From the IMG/VR virus record IMGVR_UViG_3300037311_000442, positions 1-29,423 of that record: 29,423 nt of DNA. One strand, 5' to 3'. The notes under the pieces were generated by a model. It worked only from the letters and a program-made list of their open reading frames with translations, was not told where the DNA came from and searched no databases. The DNA comes from a virus (Duplodnaviria > Caudoviricetes). Shown in pieces: positions 17,486 through 26,677 of the stretch (position 1 is its first letter; the number at the start of each line of letters is the position of its first letter). A program made the translations under genes and the position numbers.

Positions 17486-18997
17486 ATGCCCGAATTGTCG
17501 CCAAAGCTGCCCGAGGTGATTGTTTCCGACGCGACGACGACGGAGATGGTGTCGCGCAGCGTGAAAAGTGGAAAGCTGCGAAAGCTGGCTTCCCGTCTTT
17601 ATACGACGAATTTGACCGATGCACCAGAAGCGATTGTGAAACGTAATCTCTGGCAAATCATCGGGCAGTTTGTGCCAGAAGCCTTGATTGCAGATCGCAC
17701 CGCCTTGGAATTGAAGCCTGCGCCAGATGGTTCGATATTTATTATCTCGGATCGCAAGCGCGACATTGAACTGCCTGGTGTCACTATCAGGTCGCGCAAA
17801 GGCGTTGCGCCATTGCCAGATGACAAGCCGTTCATGGATGGCCTGCGCCTTTGTTCTCAGGCTCGGGCGTATCTAGAAAATATGCGTATCTCACGCCCAC
17901 GCGAGGGCAGCGCACCGCGCACGCTTTCAAGGCAGGAGATTGAAGAAAAACTGGATGTGATTCTTAGGCGTTCTGGCGATACCGCCATAAAACAACTGCG
18001 TGACGAAGCGCGAAAACTTTCGCGCACGCTGGAGTTGGAGAAAGAATTCAAGCAGCTGGATGATTTGATAGGCACATTACTCGGCACACGAGATGAACCT
18101 GTAGTGTCAAAAACTGGTATCGCACGCAAAAAGGGAGAGCCTTACGACCCTGACCGCCTACAATTGTTTGAAGTCCTACACCGCGCCTTGCATGAAACAC
18201 CACCGATCACGCGGCCTGCGCCTGTGGTCACAGAAACGCTCGCGTTTTACGAAGCCTATTTCTCAAACTTCATTGAAGGCACCGAGTTTGCCGTGAGTGA
18301 AGCGGAAGAAATTGTCTTTGAAGGCAAAGTGCCAAACGACCGTCCTGCTGACGCGCATGACGTTCTGGGAACCTATCAGATTGTTGCCGATACCAAAGAA
18401 ATGCAGAGAATACCGAAGCGTTTTGAGGATTTCCTGACGCTATTGAAGCAGCGTCACGCGGTTATCATGGCGAAGCGGCCTGAGAAATTACCAGGGCGGT
18501 TTAAGGTGGAAGGCAACCGCGCAGGCAGCACATTGTTTGTTGCGCCTGAACTGGTGGAAGGTACGCTGAAAAAAGGATTCGAACTTTATCAAAGCCTTGA
18601 TGCGCCGTTTCATCGCGCAGTTTTTATGATGTTTCTGGTGGCCGAGGTGCATCCGTTCGCGGATGGTAACGGACGTATCGCACGCATTATGATGAACGCC
18701 GAATTAGTGGCAGGAAACGAGCAGCGTATTATCGTGCCAACGGTTTATCGAAACAATTATCTGGTGGCACTCAAGGCACTGACACATAATCAGCAGCCGC
18801 AAGCCCTAGTACGCACGCTCGATTTCGCGCAGCGTTACACGGGGAAAGTGGATTGGAGCGACAAACATATCAGCCAGCGCATTCTGGAAGCTACCTATGC
18901 GTTTGTTGATCCGACAGAAGCAGATTTGCAGGGCATACGATTGACATTGCCCGATGACACCCTGATTGCCGACATCAAGGCTAGGCATGATTTATAA
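17486..18997 (+). CDS. Fic family protein with N-terminal extension (class II-type, inhibitory motif present)
   Basis: Canonical HPFADGNGRIAR; upstream SNFIEG fits (S/T)xxxE(G/N). GGAG/GAGG precedes ATG 17486. Confidence 0.93.
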   Translation: MPELSPKLPEVIVSDATTTEMVSRSVKSGKLRKLASRLYTTNLTDAPEAIVKRNLWQIIGQFVPEALIADRTALELKPAPDGSIFIISDRKRDIELPGVTIRSRKGVAPLPDDKPFMDGLRLCSQARAYLENMRISRPREGSAPRTLSRQEIEEKLDVILRRSGDTAIKQLRDEARKLSRTLELEKEFKQLDDLIGTLLGTRDEPVVSKTGIARKKGEPYDPDRLQLFEVLHRALHETPPITRPAPVVTETLAFYEAYFSNFIEGTEFAVSEAEEIVFEGKVPNDRPADAHDVLGTYQIVADTKEMQRIPKRFEDFLTLLKQRHAVIMAKRPEKLPGRFKVEGNRAGSTLFVAPELVEGTLKKGFELYQSLDAPFHRAVFMMFLVAEVHPFADGNGRIARIMMNAELVAGNEQRIIVPTVYRNNYLVALKALTHNQQPQALVRTLDFAQRYTGKVDWSDKHISQRILEATYAFVDPTEADLQGIRLTLPDDTLIADIKARHDL

Positions 18998-20140
18998 AGA
19001 TGCAAGAATCACTCCCAGCAATCCGCTGGTTAAAATGACCAAGGGAATACCCCATCTTTTCTTGATGAGATAAAGTGCGGTCAGTGCTGCGATAAACAAT
19101 ACAGCTTGCTGCCAGCCCGTAACCACATGGCGGAAAATATCAAGCGCAGTGATTGCTAGCAGTCCAACAACAGCAGCGGAAACACCATCGAGCGCACCGT
19201 GAAGTGCACGATTCTCGATGATTCTTTCAAGGTAGTTATGTCCCACTAGCGTAAAGGCAAAGGCAGGAAGAAAAATGCCTAATGTCATCAAGAGTGCGCC
19301 AGTCAAACCATCGGTGATGTAGCCGAGGTAAGTGCCAAAAATAATCAATGGCGCGGGAATGACGCTGCCAAGGGCAATACCATCGAGAAATGTTTGCTGC
19401 GTGATTCCAGGATATACGCCGACCATGCTGTGCTGAAGAAATGGAATTGCAGTGTAGGCACCGCCGAAGGAAAGCAATCCCGCCTTCAACCCTTCGATAA
19501 GCAAACCGCCGCCGCCAGCTACGGAGGGGGCGGATGATAATGGCAACAATGTAGTAACGGCAAATGCCGCAAGGCTTGCTGTTACAAGTACGCCCACAGC
19601 CAAATGCTTACGACCCGCTGCCCATAATGATTGCCAAGCAGCGCAGATCAAGAACACAAATAAGAAATGTACGCCTAGCAGCGTCAGTAGAATGGAACTG
19701 CCAGCAGCCACCCAAAGTGAAGTGCCAGTCAGAACATGGCTACCGATGCGATGTGCCGCACGCACAATCAAGGCGGTAACGGCTGGCGCGATACCAACAA
19801 AAAGCGGCAACAAAACGGCTGCACCGAAAGAAACATACGCCCATGAGAGCAGGAGCATGAATAATAATCCAGGCAACATAAAACCAAGACCAGCAAGAAA
19901 ACCGCCCCATCGGCCTGCGCGGATCATACCAAAATAGACACAAAGTTCATGCGCCTCTGGACCAGGCAATGCTTGGTAAACAGCAAGTGCGCGACGGAAT
20001 TTCTCTGGAGTAATCCAGCGTTGATTATCTACGAGTTCATCTTTCAGCATGGAAATTTGTGCGACGGGACCACCCCAGGCAAGCAAGCCAAACCTTAGAA
20101 AAATTACAAAAATGGAAAACAGAGATTCTTCTTTTTTCAT
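18992..20140 (-). CDS. chrA: Chromate transporter, long-chain CHR family
   Basis: Two homologous hydrophobic halves: FGLLAWGGPVAQ...QALPGP and GLLSFGGAY...VIPAP. Start at 20140 (alternatively 20152). Confidence 0.92.
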   Translation of the reverse strand: MKKEESLFSIFVIFLRFGLLAWGGPVAQISMLKDELVDNQRWITPEKFRRALAVYQALPGPEAHELCVYFGMIRAGRWGGFLAGLGFMLPGLLFMLLLSWAYVSFGAAVLLPLFVGIAPAVTALIVRAAHRIGSHVLTGTSLWVAAGSSILLTLLGVHFLFVFLICAAWQSLWAAGRKHLAVGVLVTASLAAFAVTTLLPLSSAPSVAGGGGLLIEGLKAGLLSFGGAYTAIPFLQHSMVGVYPGITQQTFLDGIALGSVIPAPLIIFGTYLGYITDGLTGALLMTLGIFLPAFAFTLVGHNYLERIIENRALHGALDGVSAAVVGLLAITALDIFRHVVTGWQQAVLFIAALTALYLIKKRWGIPLVILTSGLLGVILASL

Positions 20141-20152
20141 AAGGACAAGCAT

Positions 20153-20605
20153 ATGGCAGATCGAACAAAAAACAACATAGTAATCCAAGCCCGAACATGG
20201 ATCGGCACACCGTTTCACCACCAGGCACGATTGAAGGGCAAAGGCTGTGACTGCCTCGGCCTGATTGTCGGCGTGGTGGATGAGTTGAGCTTGAAGGATA
20301 AGCACGGCCAGCCGCTCGCGGGTTATGACGAGGTGACCTATTCCAAAGAGCCAGACGGTGCGTATCTCACCGAGAAGCTCACGGCGTTGCTGGATGAAGT
20401 GCCGATAGCCGAGGCGCAGGCAGGTGATCTGGCCTTGTTCAAGGTGCGCGAGAACCCACAGCACATGGCATTTCTCACCGATTATGAAAACACGCTGGGG
20501 ATGGTTCATTCCTACGCGCCAGCCCGTCGGGTGGTGGAACACCGCCTCGATGATGACTGGAAACAACGACTTGTGAAGGTATTCAGATGGCAGCCATCGT
20601 TCTAG
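20153..20605 (+). CDS. NlpC/P60 cell-wall peptidase (GTA-like tail gene)
   Basis: ARTWIGTPFHHQ, GCDCLGL, QHMAF, MVHSY; SD AAGGA at 20141-20145. Confidence 0.95.
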   Translation: MADRTKNNIVIQARTWIGTPFHHQARLKGKGCDCLGLIVGVVDELSLKDKHGQPLAGYDEVTYSKEPDGAYLTEKLTALLDEVPIAEAQAGDLALFKVRENPQHMAFLTDYENTLGMVHSYAPARRVVEHRLDDDWKQRLVKVFRWQPSF

Positions 20606-23600
20606 CAGCCGCCGCAAGTTCTGCGGCCTCATCTATCGGCGCGGGGGCATTTGCCGCAGCGTTGGCGGGTGGTGTAGGTGGATATTTGGGCGGGTTTATT
20701 GACCGTTCCATTTTCGGCAGCAAGGCACGCATCAATCAGGAAGGTTCGCGCCTGACGGATTTGATGGTGCAGGCTTCCACCTATGGCAAGTCGATTCCCG
20801 TAGTCTATGGCAACGCCCGTATTGCGGGAAACGTGATCTGGTCGCGCCCGATTCAGGAGCATGTCACCACCACAACGCAATCCTCGGGCGGTGGTAAAGG
20901 CGGCGGTGGTAGTGGCGGCGTGGAAACCACCACCACGACCTACACCTACACGGCAAGCCTTGCGGTGGCGATTTGTGAAGGTGCGATCAGCGAAGTGGTA
21001 CGCGTATGGGCAGATGCAAAGCAGCTTGACCTAACGGCTGGCAGCTATTCGCTCTATCTCGGTGACGAAACGCAGCTGCCCGACACGTTTATGTCGTCTT
21101 TCTATCCTGCTGGGCAAACGCCAGCCTATCGCGGCACGGCCTATGTGGTGATTAAGGATTTCCCGCTGGGGGATTTTGGCAACCGCATTCCGAATTTTAC
21201 CTTTGAGGTGCGTCGCACGCTGAAAAAGCCCTTCGACCTTGAGGACAAAATCAAGGACATCACCATCATCCCAGGGGCGGGTGAGAATGTGTATGACACG
21301 GTGGTGCAGGAGAAAACCAGCGGCCAGCAAGATGTATCAGGCAATTTCATTCAAGGTGGCAAGGTCACCAAAATGAACCTGAATAACCTCAATAATAAAG
21401 CCGATGCGCTGGTGGCACTCGATAACCTGAAAGCCAACCTGCCCAATGTGGAATGGGTGTCGGTGGTGGTGAACTGGTTTTCGGATTCCGCAGATCCTGC
21501 GGTGAGCATTATCAAGCCAGCGGCGGAGTTTAACAGCCAAGGCGCACGGGTCGCGCCCGATGACTGGGCGGTGGCAGGATTTAACCGCAACAACGCGCAT
21601 GTGATTTTAACTTTTCCTGATGGTTCGCCCACTTATGGCGGCACGCCGACGGATAAAAGCATCATCCGCTTGTGCCAGGAATTGAAGGCGCGTGGCTACA
21701 AGGTGCTGTTTTACCCGATGGTGCAAGTGGACACCATCACGCCACAGCCAAAACCGTGGCGCGGCAGGATTACACCGACCAATGCCACGGATGCGGCCAA
21801 CTTCTTCACCCGCACCAATGGCTACAATGCGTTCATCAACTGGTATGCCAGCCTGAATGTGGGCGGCGTGCTGCTTAAGAACAATATCGACGCTTTCATG
21901 ATCGGCTCGGAGTTGGTGGGTTTAACCACCTACATGAGCAGCGCAGGCGTATTCCCAGCGGTGACGCAGCTTAAGAACCTCGCGGCCTCGGTGAAAACTG
22001 CCGTCGGCGCAGGCGTAAAAGTCATGTATGGCGCGGATTGGAGCGAGTACCACTCGGTGAATGGCTGGTATCATCTCGATCCGCTGTGGTCGGATTCCAA
22101 TATCGACGTGGTGGCGATTGATTGCTATTTCCCCCTCACGCCTGATTTGCCACAAAGCCAGATTGACTATGCCGCTGTGTATGCTGGCTGGACGAAAGAC
22201 GAAGGCTGGGATTATTATTGGGACGGCACACGCACCACGAAAACCTTCTATTCAGGCGCAACATTCGCCTGGAAGAACGTAAAGAACTGGTGGAATAGCA
22301 CTCACACGAATCCTGATGCCAGCGGCACGGCGTGGACGGCCAAGATGAAACCCGTGTGGTTTTCGGAGATTGGCTTTCCTTCGGTGGATGGATGCGCCAA
22401 CCAGCCCAACGTGTTCGTTGACCCTGACTCGGTAGAAAGTTTCTATCCTCGGGGTTCGCGCTCGCGTGTGGATTTTCTGGCGCAGCGCACCGCGCTCGAT
22501 GCCTCGATTGACTATCTCAATGCGGAGAACGCGCTGGAAGCCAATTTCATTCCGCGCAAATTCGTGTGGACATGGGATGCACGGCCGTTCCCATTTTTCC
22601 CCGATCTCGGTTCGGTATGGGCAGACGGGAGCAACTGGAAAACAGGCCACTGGGTGCAAGGCAAGCTGGGGCTTTCGAGCCTCGGCCAGATCGTCGCCGA
22701 CCTGCTGAAAAAGGTGGGTTACGACAACACCATGTATGACACCAGCCGTCTGACGGATATTGTGTCGGGCTTTATCGTGAGCAACAGGCAAACGGTGCGT
22801 GCGTGTTTGGAGCAATTAACCTCGGCTTATTTCTTCGACATGGTGGAATCGGACGGGCTGCTGAAGTTCATCAAGCGGGGCAAAGTTTCCAACACCACGC
22901 TGGATTTTTCGGAACTTGTGCCGCGTGATGATGCGATTGAAACCTTCACCATCACCCGCACGCAGGAACTGGAATTGCCGCGCCAGGTGGATGTCATTTA
23001 TCTGAACCGCACGGCGGATTATCAGGCTGGCACGCAATCCTCGCAGCGGCAAACCGTCAAAGCGGTGGATTATGCCACAGTGAACCTGCCAATTGTGCTT
23101 TCCGATCAGGAAGCCAAGGTGGTGGCGGATGTGACGCTCTACAATGTTTGGGTGGGGCGCGTGCAGTACCAGTTCACCGTGCCGCCAAAATATGCGCTGC
23201 TTGAGCCGACCGACGTGATTACCATCACGAAGGATGGCGCGTCGTATGTCATGCGGATCAATTCCACGAAGCTGGTGCGAAACGGGATGCAGGAACTCAC
23301 AGCGGTGGCTGAAGATGTGTCATCCTATGATTTCTACAATCCCGCAGGCACTGGCACGCCGAACATTCAACCGCCGACGAGCATTTCCGCCACGCGGCTG
23401 GAATTGCTCGACTTGCCTGCATTCCCCATCGATGCGGTGACGGATGCGTATTTGCGCTATGGCGTGGTGGGTTTGGGTGGTGACTGGACGGGTTCGGCGG
23501 TTTACCGTTCGGATGATGGCGGGGCAAACTATGCCTTGATGCAAACGCTCACGGCGCAGGCCACTATCGGCGCGGTGCTGAATATCATCCCTGCGGGGAC

Positions 23601-24306
23601 GGTTTACACTTGGGATAACAGCACGACCATTGATGTGCTTTTAACATTCGGCCAGCTGCAGAGCGTGACCGACATCGCCGTGCTGAATGGCGCGAATGTG
23701 TGCGTCATCGGCGATGAAGTCATCCAGTTCCAAACCGCGACACTGCTCGACACGAATAAATATCGTTTGTCTGGGCTTTTGCGGGGGCGGCTGGGTACGG
23801 AATGGGCTGTAGGTAGCCACATAGCGGGTGAACGCTTCATCATGCTGACAAACGCGCTGGTGCGGGAACTGATGGCATCTTCTGGCTGGGGTATCGCCAA
23901 GAAGTTCAAGCCCGTGACGGTTGGCTCCACACTCGGGGCGACCACCACGCAGGATTTTACCTATGCGGCAAAGGCTCTGAAACCTTATTCGCCCGTGCAT
24001 ATTGAGGGCAGCCGAAACGTGGGTGGTGATCTGACCATCAACTGGAAGCGGCGCACGCGCATCGGCGGCGACTGGCGGGACGCGGTGGATATTCCGCTTT
24101 CTGAAGAAGCCGAACGCTACGAGGTGGAAATCATGCAGGGGGTGACGCTGAAACGCACCATCATCGGCCTGACTTCACCCACAACCATCTACACCGCCGC
24201 GCAGCAAGTGACGGACTTCGGTTCGGCGCAAAGCAGCGTGCTGGTGAATGTGTACCAGCTTTCCGCAGCCGTCGGGCGTGGATACGCGGGAATCGCAACG
24301 ATCTAA
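20587..24306 (+). CDS. Baseplate multidomain protein (megatron / host-specificity J-like) with GTA TIM-barrel domain
   Basis: STYGKSIPVVYG, PAYRGTAYVV, FGNRIPNFTFEV, YGGTPTD, PWRGRIT, IGSEL, YGADWSEY, WTWDARPFP, LLRGRLGTE, PLSEEAERYEV. Confidence 0.95.
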   Translation: MAAIVLAAAASSAASSIGAGAFAAALAGGVGGYLGGFIDRSIFGSKARINQEGSRLTDLMVQASTYGKSIPVVYGNARIAGNVIWSRPIQEHVTTTTQSSGGGKGGGGSGGVETTTTTYTYTASLAVAICEGAISEVVRVWADAKQLDLTAGSYSLYLGDETQLPDTFMSSFYPAGQTPAYRGTAYVVIKDFPLGDFGNRIPNFTFEVRRTLKKPFDLEDKIKDITIIPGAGENVYDTVVQEKTSGQQDVSGNFIQGGKVTKMNLNNLNNKADALVALDNLKANLPNVEWVSVVVNWFSDSADPAVSIIKPAAEFNSQGARVAPDDWAVAGFNRNNAHVILTFPDGSPTYGGTPTDKSIIRLCQELKARGYKVLFYPMVQVDTITPQPKPWRGRITPTNATDAANFFTRTNGYNAFINWYASLNVGGVLLKNNIDAFMIGSELVGLTTYMSSAGVFPAVTQLKNLAASVKTAVGAGVKVMYGADWSEYHSVNGWYHLDPLWSDSNIDVVAIDCYFPLTPDLPQSQIDYAAVYAGWTKDEGWDYYWDGTRTTKTFYSGATFAWKNVKNWWNSTHTNPDASGTAWTAKMKPVWFSEIGFPSVDGCANQPNVFVDPDSVESFYPRGSRSRVDFLAQRTALDASIDYLNAENALEANFIPRKFVWTWDARPFPFFPDLGSVWADGSNWKTGHWVQGKLGLSSLGQIVADLLKKVGYDNTMYDTSRLTDIVSGFIVSNRQTVRACLEQLTSAYFFDMVESDGLLKFIKRGKVSNTTLDFSELVPRDDAIETFTITRTQELELPRQVDVIYLNRTADYQAGTQSSQRQTVKAVDYATVNLPIVLSDQEAKVVADVTLYNVWVGRVQYQFTVPPKYALLEPTDVITITKDGASYVMRINSTKLVRNGMQELTAVAEDVSSYDFYNPAGTGTPNIQPPTSISATRLELLDLPAFPIDAVTDAYLRYGVVGLGGDWTGSAVYRSDDGGANYALMQTLTAQATIGAVLNIIPAGTVYTWDNSTTIDVLLTFGQLQSVTDIAVLNGANVCVIGDEVIQFQTATLLDTNKYRLSGLLRGRLGTEWAVGSHIAGERFIMLTNALVRELMASSGWGIAKKFKPVTVGSTLGATTTQDFTYAAKALKPYSPVHIEGSRNVGGDLTINWKRRTRIGGDWRDAVDIPLSEEAERYEVEIMQGVTLKRTIIGLTSPTTIYTAAQQVTDFGSAQSSVLVNVYQLSAAVGRGYAGIATI

Positions 24307-24328
24307 CCTTCAAACAACGGATAGTCTT

Positions 24329-25267
24329 ATGCCAAACACCACTAATCGGGTGAAGCTGCCCTATATTCTGCAATCGCAGTCGCAGAAGGAAGTGACGCAC
24401 AACGCATCACTCGACTTGATCGACGCGCTATTGCAGGCGGCAATGGTGAGTGTGGGGGTGAATACGCCTCCAGGCTCGCCCGTCGCGGGGGATAGCTACA
24501 TCGTGGGTGCTTCGCCCACAGGTGCATGGGTGGGGCAAGCCAAAGCCCTCGCATTCTACACCACCGCATGGAACTTCATTGCTCCGTGGGAGGGGCTGAC
24601 GGTATGGGCGAATGATGTAAACACACTTTACACTTACGACGGCGCGGCATGGGTGCTGACGGTGAACACCACATCGTTTCAGAACCTCACCATGCTGGGC
24701 GTGAATACTTCCGCGGATAACACCAACAAGTTCGCGGTAGCGAGCGCGGCAATCCTGTTCAATCACATCGGCACGGATATGCAGGTGAAGATTAACAAGA
24801 ATGCAGTGGGTGATAAGGCCAGCTTTCTTTTCCAAACAGGGTTTTCAGGGCGTGCCGAGTTCGGCCTGCTCGGAGATGATAACTTCACCCTTAAAGTATC
24901 GGCGGATGGCTCGACGTTTTTTGATGCCCTGAAAATGCTGGCAGCAAATGGTCGTGTGGCTCTGAAATCGAACGCCTCGGGGTTAAGCGGTGCAGGCACA
25001 ACGCAAGGCACAGCAACGGCGATCACCAAGCAAACGAATGAGTTCACCACAGTGGCCGCTTCTTCGGGTGCAAGGTTGCCGTCACCCGAGCAAGGCGAGT
25101 TTATTTGTGTAGCGAACGCTGGGGCGAACGCTCTAGCGGTGTACCCCGCAAGTGGCCATAGCATTAACGCCCTAGCAGCCAATGCCGCTTTCTCACTGGC
25201 GGCTGGCAAGAACGCCATGTTTTGGGCGGCAACCGCAACCAAATGGTACGCAAACTTGAGCGCATAG
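24329..25267 (+). CDS. DUF2793 domain tail fibre protein
   Basis: QSQKEVTHN, PPGSP..GDSYIV, FQTGFSGRAEFGLLGDDNFTLKVSADG; Ala/Thr-rich C-terminal beta domain. Confidence 0.88.
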   Translation: MPNTTNRVKLPYILQSQSQKEVTHNASLDLIDALLQAAMVSVGVNTPPGSPVAGDSYIVGASPTGAWVGQAKALAFYTTAWNFIAPWEGLTVWANDVNTLYTYDGAAWVLTVNTTSFQNLTMLGVNTSADNTNKFAVASAAILFNHIGTDMQVKINKNAVGDKASFLFQTGFSGRAEFGLLGDDNFTLKVSADGSTFFDALKMLAANGRVALKSNASGLSGAGTTQGTATAITKQTNEFTTVAASSGARLPSPEQGEFICVANAGANALAVYPASGHSINALAANAAFSLAAGKNAMFWAATATKWYANLSA

Positions 25268-25276
25268 GAGAAAATC

Positions 25277-25636
25277 ATGACTACTAATCCAGGCAAATAC
25301 ACTATGCGCGTTTATCGAGGGGCGACATTCAGAAAAGTCGTCACCTGGAAAGACGAAAGCAATACCATCGTGAATGTAACGGGCTTCAAAGCTCGGCTTC
25401 ACATGCGCGAAACGGTAGAATCTTCAACACCTTTTCTCACACTTACTACGGAAAACGGCGGCATCACGCTAGGCGGCGCGGCTGGCACTATCACACTACA
25501 GGCATCGGCCACAGCAACCGCTGCTCTCACAGTTTTAGAGGGAGTCTATGATCTTGAGATGGTTGCTCAAGATAACGTAACCGTCACCCGTTTGCTTGAA
25601 GGATTAGTATTTGTCAGCCCAGAGGTAACGCGATGA
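25277..25636 (+). CDS. Virion structural / fibre adaptor protein (BppU-like Ig fold)
   Basis: YRGATF, VTGFKARLHMR, GTITL, VYDLEM, RLLEG..VSPEVTR: a pattern typical of genes preceding phage fibres. SD AGGAG. Confidence 0.65.
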   Translation: MTTNPGKYTMRVYRGATFRKVVTWKDESNTIVNVTGFKARLHMRETVESSTPFLTLTTENGGITLGGAAGTITLQASATATAALTVLEGVYDLEMVAQDNVTVTRLLEGLVFVSPEVTR

Positions 25637-25839
25637 GCAACATAGAAATTCAAGAAGTCACGCAAGTCATCGAGATTGATGATGTGAATGTTACTGTGAT
25701 TACAGTGGGAACTCAGGGACCGCCTGGTGTGGTTATGGGCTTCACTGGAAGCGTCAACGTGCCGCTGCAATACGGCGGGATTTTTAACATTACCACGCAA
25801 AATGGTTTGGTCATTAGCATGGGCATTTACGGGATGTAG
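25633..25839 (+). CDS. Very short fibre-like protein
   Basis: Val/Ile/Thr-rich N-terminus ending VGTQGPPG; ATGA overlap with the upstream gene. Confidence 0.55.
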   Translation: MSNIEIQEVTQVIEIDDVNVTVITVGTQGPPGVVMGFTGSVNVPLQYGGIFNITTQNGLVISMGIYGM

Positions 25840-25841
25840 TT

Positions 25842-26402
25842 ATGACTGAAGAAACGACAATTATTCCAGTTCCTGATGATCTGATTCAAAACTGGCCAGA
25901 GGATGTGTGTCGTGAGTTAATGACTGCAATCAACCAGTCACTGGCAACTACATCCTACCTTGCCAACAAACAGCCAGTCACATGTGGTGATGTGGTTGTG
26001 TGTGGCAGCCGTGTATGCGGGGGTTATACTCCCACGTCCGATTTGGATGTAGTGGTGTATATCAACGATTACGTCCCACCAGAATTACCAGGGCGCAGCT
26101 ATTACCGACACCGCCTGGTCGTCAAATTCCGCAATCTGAAAATGGATTTATGGCTACGCTGCAACGACGATAAAGAGCTTGGCATATTCCCAGGACATCC
26201 TGATGCACCGACACCGCTGGGCTGGCGGCTACCCTATTATTCGCTCGTCAATAAGACAGTCAATCAAGTCTATGCCGACGAGATAGAGGACTATCTTCGA
26301 TTTATGTACAGCATGAAGCCCAGGCTCAATTCGCCTGAGCGACGATGGGATAAACTCATAGTCCCCATAACCCTGCCATTTCAACCAACCACCGCCCTTT
26401 GA
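25842..26402 (+). CDS. Nucleotidyltransferase (DNA pol-beta superfamily, MNT-like)
   Basis: VVCGSRVCGGYTPTSDLDVVV fits hG[GS]-x-DhD; third Asp candidate in KMDLW. Confidence 0.78.
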   Translation: MTEETTIIPVPDDLIQNWPEDVCRELMTAINQSLATTSYLANKQPVTCGDVVVCGSRVCGGYTPTSDLDVVVYINDYVPPELPGRSYYRHRLVVKFRNLKMDLWLRCNDDKELGIFPGHPDAPTPLGWRLPYYSLVNKTVNQVYADEIEDYLRFMYSMKPRLNSPERRWDKLIVPITLPFQPTTAL

Positions 26403-26414
26403 GGCGGTTTTTTT
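26391..26414 (+). terminator. Intrinsic terminator before the lysis cassette
   Basis: ACCGCC-CTTTGA-GGCGGT plus T-run; the loop contains the NTase stop codon. Confidence 0.8.
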
Positions 26415-26438
26415 ATGTCCAAAACCCAAGGAGGAACC

Positions 26439-26666
26439 ATGTCACCACCCGACGATATTGATGTGCGCTCACAGCTGGCTGTGATGAACGCGCAAATCCA
26501 AACACTCACCAAAACAGTCGATGTGCTGGCCGAGGAAGTCAAAACCCTCACAGCACTGGCAAATCAGGGCAAAGGGAGCCTTCGCACCCTCCTGATAGTC
26601 GGCGGCCTATGGACGGGCTTGGTGGCCTTTCTCAGCTTCGCCGCTGGTCATCTTTCTTGGAAATAA
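26439..26666 (+). CDS. Small coiled-coil protein with one C-terminal TM helix (lysis-associated)
   Basis: SD AAGGAGG; heptad region, then ANQGKG and a hydrophobic tail. Confidence 0.7.
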   Translation: MSPPDDIDVRSQLAVMNAQIQTLTKTVDVLAEEVKTLTALANQGKGSLRTLLIVGGLWTGLVAFLSFAAGHLSWK

Positions 26667-26677
26667 TGGAGGTTCTT

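Noticed and set aside
20153-20632. N-terminal extension of the 546-aa chrA ORF
   Set aside because: It is the reverse complement of the NlpC/P60 gene; CHR similarity begins at MKKEESLF (20140).
20881-20950. Gly- and Thr-rich low-complexity run (GGGKGGGGSGG, TTTTTY)
   Set aside because: A usual feature of this tail protein family, not a separate repeat element.
15838-25267. Gene transfer agent cluster
   Set aside because: Tail-tip genes are GTA-like, but the cos-like site, gpA terminase, lambda portal and long tape measure indicate a phage.
24329-26402. Diversity-generating retroelement or invertible fibre cassette
   Set aside because: No reverse transcriptase, invertase or template/variable repeat pair found.
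25842-26402. CBASS cyclase
   Set aside because: Too short (186 aa) and no adjacent effector gene.
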